A stretch of 63,640 nucleotides of DNA, counting the filler, from Licmophora abbreviata (taxonomy: Eukaryota), in the NCBI GenBank assembly GCA_900291995.1. It is 9 parts of 9 records of this genome, joined end to end, with 100 filler letters (N's around TTAATTAATTAA, not from the genome) between each part and the next. Parts side by side here need not be neighbours in the genome. Positions count along the whole stretch, not along the records: positions 19,226 to 27,789 come from OLMU01000762.1; positions 27,890 to 32,738 come from OLMU01000764.1; positions 32,839 to 41,323 come from OLMU01000765.1; 6 more parts are not named here. The stretch is one strand, 5' to 3'. Positions 26,176-36,678 of the stretch are shown one piece after another. Within the stretch, counting starts at the first letter, position 1, and every line of letters starts with the position of its first letter. The position numbers were made by a program, and so were the translations under genes. The notes beneath the pieces are model-generated. The model was not told where the DNA came from. It was given only the letters and a program-made list of their open reading frames with translations, and ran no database searches.

Positions 26176-27103
26176 TGCTCAAGCGTTGCTGCGGCCTGAT
26201 GGAGGCCTACTACTGCCATGCAGTAGAATCGATGTTCGGTGCGGACCTCAAGCGACGTCGACGACCCGACTGGACTGCGCGCTCCTTGTCTCGCATAATG
26301 GGGCAGAAAGACCTAGTACGAGCAGCTTCAAGACCTCGTCCCTAACAGTAACTGGTGCGCGGTGACACCTGGTTCGATGTATTATACCAGGTACTATTGC
26401 TACACTTGAGTCAGTCTGGCGCTCGGTGAACAGGTTTTTCAGAATCACACCGCACTTCAGCATGAGTGTGGAAGTGCCCGCACGTGTATTAGAGGCGACT
26501 CCAGTTTCCCCTTGGCGACTTGTGCTGCGCACAATGATCTCTGTCTAGAGCTACTAGAACCTAGCTCTGTCGTCATGGTGCTTGCATGATGATAGATGAT
26601 ACATACACCGTACCGTTACCCTTAGCTTTTCTATCTCAGAGACATAGTATGACGTCACAATGTCCGGGGTACCACATTCTACGAGGTTTTCGCGTATGCA
26701 TTCATGTACTGGAGTCTACGTAGAGTAGGAGTACGTCACTCTATGGCCGATTGCCCGCCATCCGAAGTCTTTTACGTAGGCCCAAGTACAATTTGTACGA
26801 CAGCTTCCCTGCTTGAAAGAAGCCAAGCAAACTGCTGTTGTTGCCACAACGCCTTTGCCTTCGCGTATCCACCGTGAGTGCTTGTTGCATCATGCTTTCG
26901 GGAGTGTTGGAGTTGAGAAGAGCGCTTGTGTTGCTTGGTGTACTAATCGAGTGCTGATACGGAAGCGAAAATGAGAGACGCGGTTCCTGCGCGAAACCTG
27001 CGTGACCGATCCCGTTGCCGCCACCACTGTGCTCCAGATGCTATGCCTCTCTCGCCTGTCTGCTCACCCTGTCCCTCTCCACTCTGCAACCAGATATTTT
27101 ACA

Positions 27104-27415
27104 ATGAAGACCTTTACCTTTCTCTTTGTCGCCCTCCTTGTGGCCTGCGCCTCGGCTTTCTCGCCCGCACCGCTGAAGACCCGCCCCGCGTTCAAGGCTG
27201 TCGCCATGAGCAAGGTCCCTGAGCCGGAGCCCGTCCAGAACAAGCCCAATGCCGCTGCCCTTGCCGCTTTCGCAACAGCCATGGCCCCGATCGCTGCTCA
27301 TGCCACCGATGTTGATGAAGGAACTGTCATTGGGTGGGGTGCCGGTCTTGTTGCCTGCGTTGTCTCGCTCGCTGTTGGTTTCTCCATTGGCTACGGAACC
27401 CTCGTCAAGCCTTAA
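27104..27415 (+). CDS. Small single-TM plastid (likely thylakoid) protein with tripartite targeting leader
   Basis: Signal ending CASAF, transit peptide, thylakoid-transfer-like AALAAFATAMAPIAAHA, then a ~36-aa mature peptide with one Gly-rich helix. Confidence 0.8.
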   Translation: MKTFTFLFVALLVACASAFSPAPLKTRPAFKAVAMSKVPEPEPVQNKPNAAALAAFATAMAPIAAHATDVDEGTVIGWGAGLVACVVSLAVGFSIGYGTLVKP

Positions 27416-27789
27416 TTATGAAAGGCCTGCTTTTGTGACGATGCTGGACGTGAGTTGAGTGATAGTGTATCGCTGTAAGCTAAGGTTACGCCGTTTCTTC
27501 ACAGAACAGTTGTCTCGATATCTAGCTAGTAGTAGCAACAAGAACTCGTGCTTGCATGTTGCTCCTTCGTAGGAGAGTGCTTTTTGGGTTCTAGCAAAGT
27601 CTGCTACACAATTTTGGGGCGCCACATCTACTGATGGGACAAGCTTGGCACATGTATAATCCAATGGAGATGGATCCTGTACGGTGCCACGCCGCCACCG
27701 CCCTCCCCTCTCATTCGGCTCGCGGCGCTCGATTTTTCGACTCCCGTCGATGGCAAGACGGCGCCAATGATGGCGACGCAATTTCAAAT

Positions 27790-27889
27790 NNNNNNNNNNN
27801 NNNNNNNNNNNNNNNNNNNNNNNNNNNNNNNNNTTAATTAATTAANNNNNNNNNNNNNNNNNNNNNNNNNNNNNNNNNNNNNNNNNNNN
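27790..27889. other. Assembly gap spacer
   Basis: N44-TTAATTAATTAA-N44. Confidence 0.97.
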
Positions 27890-28022
27890 GCGAATTCGTA
27901 GTACGTCCGACCCATTCGACTACACTATTTATAGAACCTCTTGTCTGTATTCGGAGTGATATTCCTTCGTGTCAAAGAACAAAATAGAGCCATCACAAAA
28001 AAAGATCGCGCTGTGTTCGACC

Positions 28023-28664
28023 ATGAACTTCTCTTGGCTGGTTTCTCTTGCTCTGCTGCCGGCGATCGAGGCATTCTCACCTCGCCCGTCCGTGATGGTG
28101 AGGCCTTCGATGGCCCAGTTGGCGACGAGAGAGCACGTTCCTGAATCGCTTTCCATCACCAAGGGTGACCGCGATATTCTCATGACTCTCTTCAACAACC
28201 AGGTGACGCGGGAGTTCGAAGCGTCGCAGTTGTATCTGGCTGCATCAATTTGGTTTGACGGTATTGAAATGGTGGGCATGGCGTCCTTCATGCTGGGAGA
28301 GTCTAACGACGAGCGTATGCACGGATTGCAGTTCATCAACTTTGCATCTAAACGCGACATTCCAATCAGCTTGGAAAACTTGGACGCCCCGGAGGCAGAC
28401 TGGGAGACCCCCGAAGATGTATGGAATGATGTGCTGGGATGCGAGAGAGAGAACACCCAGTCATTGCTTAACCTTGCCGATGCGGCTCAGGCCTGTCACG
28501 ACCATGCAATCTTAGCATTTCTACAAGACTTTCATATTGAACAAGTCAACAGTGAGGACAAGCTAAAAGGAATCCTCGCGAAGGTCCGCGATGAAGATAA
28601 GACCCCAGGGCTTCTTCGTCAACTTGATACAGAGCTAGCCAATGAATCCGCATCGCATGCTTGA
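28023..28664 (+). CDS. FTN: Ferritin, plastid-targeted
   Basis: NNQVTREFEASQLYL, ESNDERMH, CERENT, FLQDFHIEQVNSE ferroxidase pattern; leader ending IEAF. Confidence 0.92.
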   Translation: MNFSWLVSLALLPAIEAFSPRPSVMVRPSMAQLATREHVPESLSITKGDRDILMTLFNNQVTREFEASQLYLAASIWFDGIEMVGMASFMLGESNDERMHGLQFINFASKRDIPISLENLDAPEADWETPEDVWNDVLGCERENTQSLLNLADAAQACHDHAILAFLQDFHIEQVNSEDKLKGILAKVRDEDKTPGLLRQLDTELANESASHA

Positions 28665-28725
28665 GGAGAAATCAGGAAATCAGATATAGCTGTTGGCTTT
28701 CGAATATCAATTAATTTGTTTCGAT

Positions 28726-28890
28726 CGTATTGCCCAACGTTTCCACAACGTCTTCGCCAGTTGGTTTAAGACGACCATCTTCAAACCCTCCCTAGGGAAC
28801 AGCAGTGCATTACAGAAACGGAGTCTACGAGGGACGTTCAGTTCTATCAAGTGCAACTTCTCTTTTGCCAGCTTGAGGCTGATGATGTCA
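28726..28890. repeat. Diverged direct repeat, copy 1
   Basis: Shares TTTCCACAACGTCTTCGCCAG, CCCTAGGGAACAGCAGT, GAAACGGAGTCTACGAG, CAAGTGCAACTTCTCTTTT and TGCCAGCTTGAG.CTGATGATGTCA with 31579-31775. Confidence 0.9.
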
Positions 28891-28989
28891 AGGAAAAAGT
28901 CGTTGACGACGACACCGAAACCACGCTCGTCTTTCCTACCACCATCGCTCTTGAGACCCTGCTTACATCTACGTCTCGCTCGTCAGATG

Positions 28990-29564
28990 TCAATGAGCTC
29001 TAGCTTCAAGCCCGTGGCAAAGTGGATCATTGCAATCAAAGGGTGGATGTTCCATCATTTTGTCATGAAAGGCCGCCACGGATCGTTCGACATTGCGCGT
29101 CAGCATGCGTGTCCAAAAACAGACACGGATCTTCCAGTCCCTCCATAAATGCCATGTCTCGTATCGCTTGACTCTCACTGTCATCGAATATTTCCTTGGC
29201 ACGTTGTCCTTCCGGAGAGAGGTTACTGGCCAGTTCCCGGACACATCCAGTAGTCACGTGCTGCTGCAGATCGTTAGATATCCGCAAAATCAATAAAAGG
29301 TTTGACCAATGTCCCGTCCATATCGAAAATGGTACCCACAAGGAGAGAACGAGGAGACCAGGACGAACACAGTCGTGTCGATAAAGTATGGAGGGGTTGC
29401 ACATGATGGGCTGATGCTCGGCGGCGATCGGCATGAGATAGAGAGGTGCTAAACGCTCGTTGAGGCCCTCTTACGAACGAAGAATGGGTTCGAATAAACA
29501 TAGACGTCATAATGAAAGCGAGGAGCAGACGAGAAAGGCGCCAGGAAGAACTCATCTTCAGCAT
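28990..29564 (-). pseudogene. Degraded HAD-superfamily hydrolase
   Basis: IFDMDGTLVKPFIDF motif I followed by a stop at 29274; downstream pieces (RAKEIFDDSESQAIRDMAFMEGLED; LTRNVERSV..FH) lie in two other frames; the C-terminal motifs are not recognisable. Confidence 0.75.
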
Positions 29565-29852
29565 GGTGGCGTTGCAATTTTGTTGTGGTTGCTTATTAGT
29601 TCAATATTTGCTTGCGCCTTACAAAACACAAAACCGTGTGATGGCTGTGGCCGCGCGTCGTCGCGCGGACAGAGAGGGCTAGCGTTAACCCTCGCGCAAA
29701 AAAGATCCTCTTCAATTTTGAAAGCCCGGTCACCCATCGATGTTGTGATCATTTCGAGCTGGTTGCTGGAGTATTAGAGTAATACACACCTTTTTCTGAA
29801 CAAGACCGACGTCTATCATAGTGCGTCGCCAAGCGAAGTAATTTTCTCCAAA

Positions 29853-31466
29853 ATGTCGACTTCAGAAAAGGATCTGAGTGACACCATTGCCATCATCGGG
29901 GCTGGTCCTGCCGGATGTGTACTGGCCAATCGCATCCTGGCCAACACTCCCTATTCGGTTCTTCTGCTGGAGCGAGGCCCATCAGAACCCTATTCCAAAG
30001 ACGCTGTAAACGACCTCAGCTCCTTTCCAATTGGGCTAAAGGAAAATTCTGTTTGGAATTCGTCTACGCCCCAGGCGGGCTTGATGAATCGTAAACTTTG
30101 GACTCACACGGCATCCGGAATCGGAGGAGGATCCATGTTGAACGCTGGCGTTTTCATGATGGGACGCAAAGAGAATTATCAAGGATGGCCCGGAAATCAC
30201 TTCACGGCGGCCAACTTTGAAAGGGCAGTCAAGGCAGTGAGTGAGATCCACCAGCCAAAGGTCGTTTCGACGGGACTCATGCCACAGGACACGCCTCCCG
30301 GGAAACTCGAAACGGAAATTCAAAAGAAGTTTGGGTTTACCGAGATGACTGGAACCAGTCTACTCTGGATCGAAGAAGATGGAATGTACTTTTACCAGAG
30401 CAGCACCAAGGATGCCACTGGACCAGCCTCCCGGATCCGTCGTTCTGCAGCTGACTCTTTTCTGTCTGACGATGTTCGTGCTAGCGATCGCTTCCGTGTA
30501 GTGACCGATGCCAATGTTACTCGCTTGCTGACAGAAGCAGGCGACCAAGGAGTCAAGGTGATTGGCTTCGAATATGAATCCCCTCTCAAGTTTGCCGGAT
30601 TCCATCTGCTTTCCACGAAAACCCAACTCGTTGGGTTTAATGAAGTAGTGTGCTCTGCAGGAGCCATTGAAACTCCACGTCTTCTTATGGCCAGCGGCAT
30701 TGGACGCAGGGCTGAATTGGAGGCAGCAGGTATCCCAGTTGTCCTCGAGGCTGAAGTTGGACAGGGTCTATGGGATCACCCTGTTGCTATCTTTCCTGTT
30801 GAATTGGACGCAGATCAGCCAGAGCCCAAGGATTTTGCGTGTTGCACGGCAGTCGACAACAACGTGACCGTGAAGACATACCGCAAGGATCAAAAAGTTG
30901 TATTTTACAATTTGGGGCCCAACATTACCTACCACATTCCTGGTGAAATTCTTGTCCCGCGGTTTGAAGGCACCGACGTCAAACGAGCTTTGCAAGTATT
31001 CATGCTGAACTTCCTTCGCAAGTCTATATACCCTGTCACCAACAAGAAACTCGGAGTTGTAGGAATCGGACTCTTGAGTTCCCAGTCGAAAGGTTCCATA
31101 GGACTCGACTCTATCGATCCAGGATATTTGACTGCCGAGGAAGACGTGGAGGCATTGGCGGATGCCTATGGCGACTTGTTGCAGATGCTCAAGGACGCGG
31201 GCTTGAAAGTGGCAATCCCCGATTTTAATATGCACCCAGCAGATAGAGATGCGCTCATTGCCTCCCTTCGCATGACGGCGGGTCCCTTTTGGCATTTCAG
31301 TGGATCGTGTCCCATGGGGAAGATTGTGGATCCCGACACTCTCAAAGTAAAAGGGACTGAGAACTTGCGCATTGTCGATGCGTCTGTGGTGCCCACTATC
31401 GTTGAAGCAAACACACAGGCTCCCATCATGACCATGGCCTACCTGGCTGGTGAGCTGTTCCACTGA
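29853..31466 (+). CDS. GMC (glucose-methanol-choline) flavoprotein oxidoreductase
   Basis: Intronless; IIGAGPAGCVLA.R, VLLLERG, GGGSMLN, SAGAIETPRLL.ASGIG, VGQGLWDH, WHFSGSC.MG (His), LRIVDAS..P...ANT (Asn). Confidence 0.92.
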   Translation: MSTSEKDLSDTIAIIGAGPAGCVLANRILANTPYSVLLLERGPSEPYSKDAVNDLSSFPIGLKENSVWNSSTPQAGLMNRKLWTHTASGIGGGSMLNAGVFMMGRKENYQGWPGNHFTAANFERAVKAVSEIHQPKVVSTGLMPQDTPPGKLETEIQKKFGFTEMTGTSLLWIEEDGMYFYQSSTKDATGPASRIRRSAADSFLSDDVRASDRFRVVTDANVTRLLTEAGDQGVKVIGFEYESPLKFAGFHLLSTKTQLVGFNEVVCSAGAIETPRLLMASGIGRRAELEAAGIPVVLEAEVGQGLWDHPVAIFPVELDADQPEPKDFACCTAVDNNVTVKTYRKDQKVVFYNLGPNITYHIPGEILVPRFEGTDVKRALQVFMLNFLRKSIYPVTNKKLGVVGIGLLSSQSKGSIGLDSIDPGYLTAEEDVEALADAYGDLLQMLKDAGLKVAIPDFNMHPADRDALIASLRMTAGPFWHFSGSCPMGKIVDPDTLKVKGTENLRIVDASVVPTIVEANTQAPIMTMAYLAGELFH

Positions 31467-31578
31467 GGGACATAGTTGGCATCATTCTGACACGAATACA
31501 TGAGTGTCGCTCTCCAAGCAACGATCTCCAGCGTATCGCTCGTCGACCGGCGTGCGATAGCAAGTAGAAGTAACAAAA

Positions 31579-31775
31579 CGTATTACCCAACATTTCCACA
31601 ACGTCTTCGCCAGCTATAGTTAAAGACATCCATGTAGTTCCATGTAGTACCCGTATCTTAAAACTCACCCTAGGGAACAGCAGTACATTATTGAAACGGA
31701 GTCTACGAGTACGAGCATGAGGGACGTCTACCAAGTGCAACTTCTCTTTTTGCCAGCTTGAGCCTGATGATGTCA
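31579..31775. repeat. Diverged direct repeat, copy 2
   Basis: Colinear with 28726-28890, with small insertions. Confidence 0.9.
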
Positions 31776-32001
31776 TCATGCGAACTCCGTCAACAAGAAG
31801 TGCGCGCAGGCGAGAGATATGATACCCCTTCAACTTGAAGCCGAGATCTGATGCGCGACGAGTGTGAACGGCGACGCGACCATGGCGGAAACGACGGCAT
31901 CGTCAGCATATGATGGCATCATCATGGACCGAGCGGATAAAGTGGAAAATACAGCGACGAAGCTTCTTCTGAATAAATCATATAACGAGAGTCCGTGGAG
32001 G

Positions 32002-33125
32002 ATGTGCCGAAGGGGCAGATTTCTTCTCCTATGCCTCTTTTTGAAAGGTGAACCGGCAACAGCCTTTCTCTCAACACCACGTCGCCAGATGTGCCGGACA
32101 GCGACGGTCGATATGCGCCGAAAGACACTGTGCACTATTTACACAAGAAAAAAAGCGGACGATGAGAGCATTATCGATGCAGTAATCGAAGATCCGGATG
32201 AGAGCACTGGCTTATTATCGAATTCATCGAACATTCCTGAGCTCCCTCGACGACGAAAGCGAGACATTATTGGCGATGCCGTCAAGGGTCTTACAGAATT
32301 GAGCTTACTAGACTACCAATGGCGATCTTCACTTTTCAAGACCAATGAAGCCGAGCGTCTTATGGAGGAGAGTCTGGCACGTATGCGAGGTGAAGACGCT
32401 TCGTACGTGAGACCAATGGATGCCACCGACGAAACGATCGGTCCATTGGGAAAAGCAGAACGTAAGTCTGTTGAATGGCTCTCTAGGGTCATTGAAGAAG
32501 AGGGAAAACGAGCCGAGAGAATATTGAAATCGGATGGGAAGGTAGTTCGCCCCATCGAGTCCGTTTCGAGTTCGTCCAGTCCTGGTCCTCTGGCGGACTT
32601 GGAAAAGCAGGCGGTCGAGTTCATCGACAGAATCCGCGATGCTGAAAAAGCCAGAGTCATGTCAGGCACAGTGCGTCCCAAGGACATGAACGAATCAATG
32701 CGAGGGCCGCTGGGCGAGACAGAATCCAGGGTCATGGANNNNNNNNNNNNNNNNNNNNNNNNNNNNNNNNNNNNNNNNNNNNTTAATTAATTAANNNNNN
32801 NNNNNNNNNNNNNNNNNNNNNNNNNNNNNNNNNNNNNNATCGCCTTCGAAACGTCCAACGATACTTACAGGAGATGCGGCCTATGGAGATAGATCGAGAC
32901 TCTCCCCTCGGGGCTGCAGAAGCAGTCATTGTCGGTATCCTTCGTGCCCCGAGACTTCTCGCTTCTCTCTTTGGTCGCGTCAAGGAGCTCATGGAAAGTG
33001 AAAGCATGAGCGAGGAGGACAAGGGGGTCCTGGACGCGAAGTACAAACTAAGACTACCCACTTATTCGGATAATAAGGATGAGGACGATATAATAGGCGA
33101 AGACGAGCTTAAAGAAAAGCTATAA
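32002..33125 (+). CDS. Hypothetical, probably plastid-targeted protein, split by an assembly gap
   Basis: Leader ending ATAF; internal repeats RP.D....GPLG.AE on both sides of the gap (ORFs 31864-32790 and 32874-33125). Confidence 0.7.
32739..32838. other. Assembly gap spacer
   Basis: N44-TTAATTAATTAA-N44. Confidence 0.97.
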
Positions 33126-33278
33126 CACCAGTGTTTCAACAGAGTTCTTTCAACCATTATCAGAGCCTTCTGCACTGCCACGTCTATCATTCGATTTGGC
33201 ACTGCATACCCATTCCTTCAAAATTACATTTGTTTTTGCGTATTCACATCTAAAATAGCTCATTCTCATCAGGCAATA

Positions 33279-34262
33279 CTACACCCCCACACGAGAGGCA
33301 AAGCGAGCAAACTTGTCGTGGTCGTCGATGCTCAGCAGATCGACGTTGTTCCGTACCATCTGAGTCCACAACCGTTCACTGTTGGGAGCACCCCATATGC
33401 GAAGATGCTTGCCTTGCTGATGCGCCCGTTCAGCCATGCGGCGCATATAGCTATCGCCGCGTCCCAGCATACGGGCAAATTGTAGATTCCTCCATGGCAA
33501 GCTCACCATGGGAACGAGATTCGTGTCGCTCTGAGAACGAATGTCATGCGCTCGGCCATCAATGAATATGAATCGATCACTGCCTTGAGCAAACAAGCTT
33601 TCATCCCGTGGTCGGTTTCCTGACACGATCACGGTCACCTTCCCCTTGTGCAGATTTCCATCCTTGTCTACTCGAGAGAGGTAGGGGTGGAGTGGGGACA
33701 GAGCACCATGCAACAAAGCGACAGACTTCTCGGCGTCACCTTTGAAGTCTACCAAGAGGGTCAGCGAATCGTCATCATGATCCATGACAGACGGATGCTG
33801 ATGCACCTTTCGCCGTCGTCTGGTCTGCTTTGATTCCGGAAAGGGCCTTGAATCACTTGCTAACGTGATTCGTGGATCCCTCGTTGCCAGTCCAGAACGT
33901 CGCAGCATGTTGAGTATCGGCGTTACGTACAATTTCTCGATCGTCTTGGCCGCATCGAGTTCAAAAATGGTGTGGGCCACCCACAGTTGCTCCTTCCGAG
34001 GAAAGACGTCCACCTCGATACTTTTCAATCCGTGACGCAATGCCGACGACAGTGGATTTGCCTGATGATAGTCATTGTGGGAATGGCCTCGCCGAATGAA
34101 TTCTGCGAATCTTGAACCTCCCTTGGGAATGCGCAGCATTTCCGTGAGCCTTGGGGTCATTCTAGCGTGCGAGCATGTATTCACTCGTGCTCCCAGGAGC
34201 AAGGAGATCTTCATTAGTGTCCTCATAGTAAAGGATCGTTTTCGGGAGGAGAATAGATTCAT
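33279..34262 (-). CDS. PLC-like phosphodiesterase, AIM6-like
   Basis: GHSHNDY, SIEVDV, LWVAH, LYV.P, LLVDFK, VIVSGNRP, LRIWGAP, VDLLSIDD. Confidence 0.8.
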   Translation of the reverse strand: MNLFSSRKRSFTMRTLMKISLLLGARVNTCSHARMTPRLTEMLRIPKGGSRFAEFIRRGHSHNDYHQANPLSSALRHGLKSIEVDVFPRKEQLWVAHTIFELDAAKTIEKLYVTPILNMLRRSGLATRDPRITLASDSRPFPESKQTRRRRKVHQHPSVMDHDDDSLTLLVDFKGDAEKSVALLHGALSPLHPYLSRVDKDGNLHKGKVTVIVSGNRPRDESLFAQGSDRFIFIDGRAHDIRSQSDTNLVPMVSLPWRNLQFARMLGRGDSYMRRMAERAHQQGKHLRIWGAPNSERLWTQMVRNNVDLLSIDDHDKFARFASRVGV

Positions 34263-35553
34263 GGTAGTGTACTAGTCTACCAAGAGCGCAATGCAAAATG
34301 TGCTGCAGGTCTGCAAAATGTGACCACAAGCGGTGAAATTGTGAGAGTAGATTCATTCGAATGACCAAGAAGATTCTTTACGTAGAAAATGCGTAGAACG
34401 CAGTATGTGTCAGCTACTTCGAATCTGTGACGTGTCGACGCGAAAACGTTGAAAATGGATGTGATGGCGCGCCGCCGTGTGGTGGCGGCTCTTGTGGTCG
34501 GACGAGGAGAGGAGTGATTCTGGATGGCCAAGTTTTCCAAATCTGGTGACAACCATGGTGCACACAGGAATCTTCGTGAACGCGTCGGCGGCTCTTCGCT
34601 GACCTCAAAAGCCGACATCCTCGAAGCTGCCAATCATGATTTTCTTTTGACTTTTTGTTCTCGCTCCTGAGAACGACGCCTGAGCATTTGCAGTCTCACC
34701 GCGACCGAGGAATCATGATCGATGCATCAACGATAACATCCAGGGTGACAATAATCCAATTGGCAACTTGACTGTTGATTCCAACGTTGTCGCTCACCGA
34801 AACATACTTTCGAAACTGAAGCGCGAAAAAGTGTCAAGAAAAAGGACCAACCGTGACACCGGTGACAACGACTCGAAAAGGGGGCGGCGAGCACACATGG
34901 CATTTCAATCACATACCTTTGCTGGGACGGCGTCACTGAAAGGCAGACCTTCGATGGAAGTTGATTTGGGACAGCTTGAGCAGAAAGTGGTGTCAAGGCA
35001 ACTGATTTTCCCACGTCTCGTGGTGTCGGTGAGCTGTCAAGCAATGCATCACGCACCCGCTCTTTGTCAGACTTGCGTGGATGTGAAAAACTCCTCCGAA
35101 ATGTCAATAGACGTCACAGATCAGACGCCTTCATAATTAACTTGGCATGTGTGCGACATTTTCAATGATGGAGTGTTTCAAACCAAGCATCAACAACATC
35201 GTGAGAATAAGGCGTGCGAGAGGTCCCACAAGACAACAACGAAGAAGGAACGAGAATGCGAATACTCCTAGCTTGACTGAACACTCCAGAGATCCTCCCT
35301 CCATTCTGTCCTCAACGCTCCTCTCTCGATCACCGTCTCTTTCGACATGGAGCCTCTCGAACCCGGATGTTAGTTTTGGCGCCAAACTCTAGCGTGCGAG
35401 GTAAACTGACCGTTCCATACATTTGACTTCACGAAGCGCCTCTCGCTCAGGCGTATTTCCTTCTTGTCTAGCCCAGCTTGCATCGACCAACGAAATCACA
35501 AATCATACAAACGCATTGCTGTAGTTCACCAAAGTTGACCCTGCTGCTCGACA

Positions 35554-36528
35554 ATGACGCCCTTCCTCCCCCAAGCGGACCCTCGTTTCTCGTCGGATGA
35601 CGAGAAAGAGAACAATGCCATTTCCATCGAAGATCTCCGAGTCGTCGCGGCGCAAGCCAACTACAGACAGATCGATCAGGACAAGAGCCGCTCGGTCGTC
35701 TCGTACCTTCGTACACACAGAAGCTACTCCATGAAGATCTCCGTCTACTACGCCACTGGTGTTGTTGGCGCATGTCTCCATCGCTCCAAGCAAGGCCGTA
35801 GTCATGCCGTCCTCGAGCACATGACTCTACGTGAAGCCAAGGTCCTCTTCGAGAACCCGATTGCCTACCTCAAGTCGGAAGGATACGCGGAGATGCTCGG
35901 GTGCAACCAGTGGAAGTCTCTTTCTCGCCTTGACTCTAAGAAGACAGAGCACGACGCCATTTGTCGCTGGCGCTACTGCAGCACTGTCACTCGCATGTGC
36001 CAGTCCGAACAGCAACTGTCACAGCTCCTTCACGTCATTGCTCTGTACGACGACCTCTCCTTCGTTCCGGGAAGTACTCGTTCTAACTTTTGCAAGGAGA
36101 CACGCGTCCACTGTGGATCCAAATGCTGCCTAGAAACTCTCTTGCAAGAGATTGCACGTGATTTCCACGGTGCCGTTGGCTTCTACTGGGGCTGCAAGGG
36201 CGAGTGGTGTCCCCTGGTTTTGAACATGGACGCCTGTCCCCATGCCAAGGAGTTCTGGGAAGAGTATTGGGGGCAAGTCCAAGAGCTCAAGCATCACTTG
36301 ATCAGCCTACCGCCTCACCTGCGTCATGATGTACTGATCTGGCTCTTTTCGCGCGGTCACTGCGGGAGTACGTTCTTCGATGTCGACCTCAACCTCCTTG
36401 ACTACTACTGCCCAGGTTTGGACGAGGCTCATCGCGACTATGGTCGCCTTGTGGAAGCTGGTAGGAATAAGAAGCGTACTAGTGCTTGCTGGAGTCATGG
36501 CATCAAGATGGGAAAGATGCCCAAGTGA
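35554..36528 (+). CDS. Hypothetical protein with a KISVYYATGVVG.CL...QG.....FENP domain and a Cys/His-rich C-terminus
   Basis: 324-aa ORF with C-ending codon bias. Confidence 0.7.
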   Translation: MTPFLPQADPRFSSDDEKENNAISIEDLRVVAAQANYRQIDQDKSRSVVSYLRTHRSYSMKISVYYATGVVGACLHRSKQGRSHAVLEHMTLREAKVLFENPIAYLKSEGYAEMLGCNQWKSLSRLDSKKTEHDAICRWRYCSTVTRMCQSEQQLSQLLHVIALYDDLSFVPGSTRSNFCKETRVHCGSKCCLETLLQEIARDFHGAVGFYWGCKGEWCPLVLNMDACPHAKEFWEEYWGQVQELKHHLISLPPHLRHDVLIWLFSRGHCGSTFFDVDLNLLDYYCPGLDEAHRDYGRLVEAGRNKKRTSACWSHGIKMGKMPK

Positions 36529-36678
36529 GCAAAGCTGGAGTCGCTGTGGGAGCGACTCGCTAGGGAAGACATCGTGGGACTTCAGAGGATGTCAGGATAG
36601 AGGCTTCTCTCCAAAACCAAGTAGAAGCGACTAGCTATGGCTAGTATTCTAGTGAATCGTTTACAATTGACCATCATC

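Noticed and set aside
26176..26540. Short ORFs and a CCTGGT/ACCAGG hairpin containing GGTTCGA (tRNA T-loop-like)
   Set aside because: No cloverleaf can be formed and the ORFs have no supporting features
34768..35392. Two short + strand ORFs with a possible intron
   Set aside because: No recognisable motif or coherent gene model
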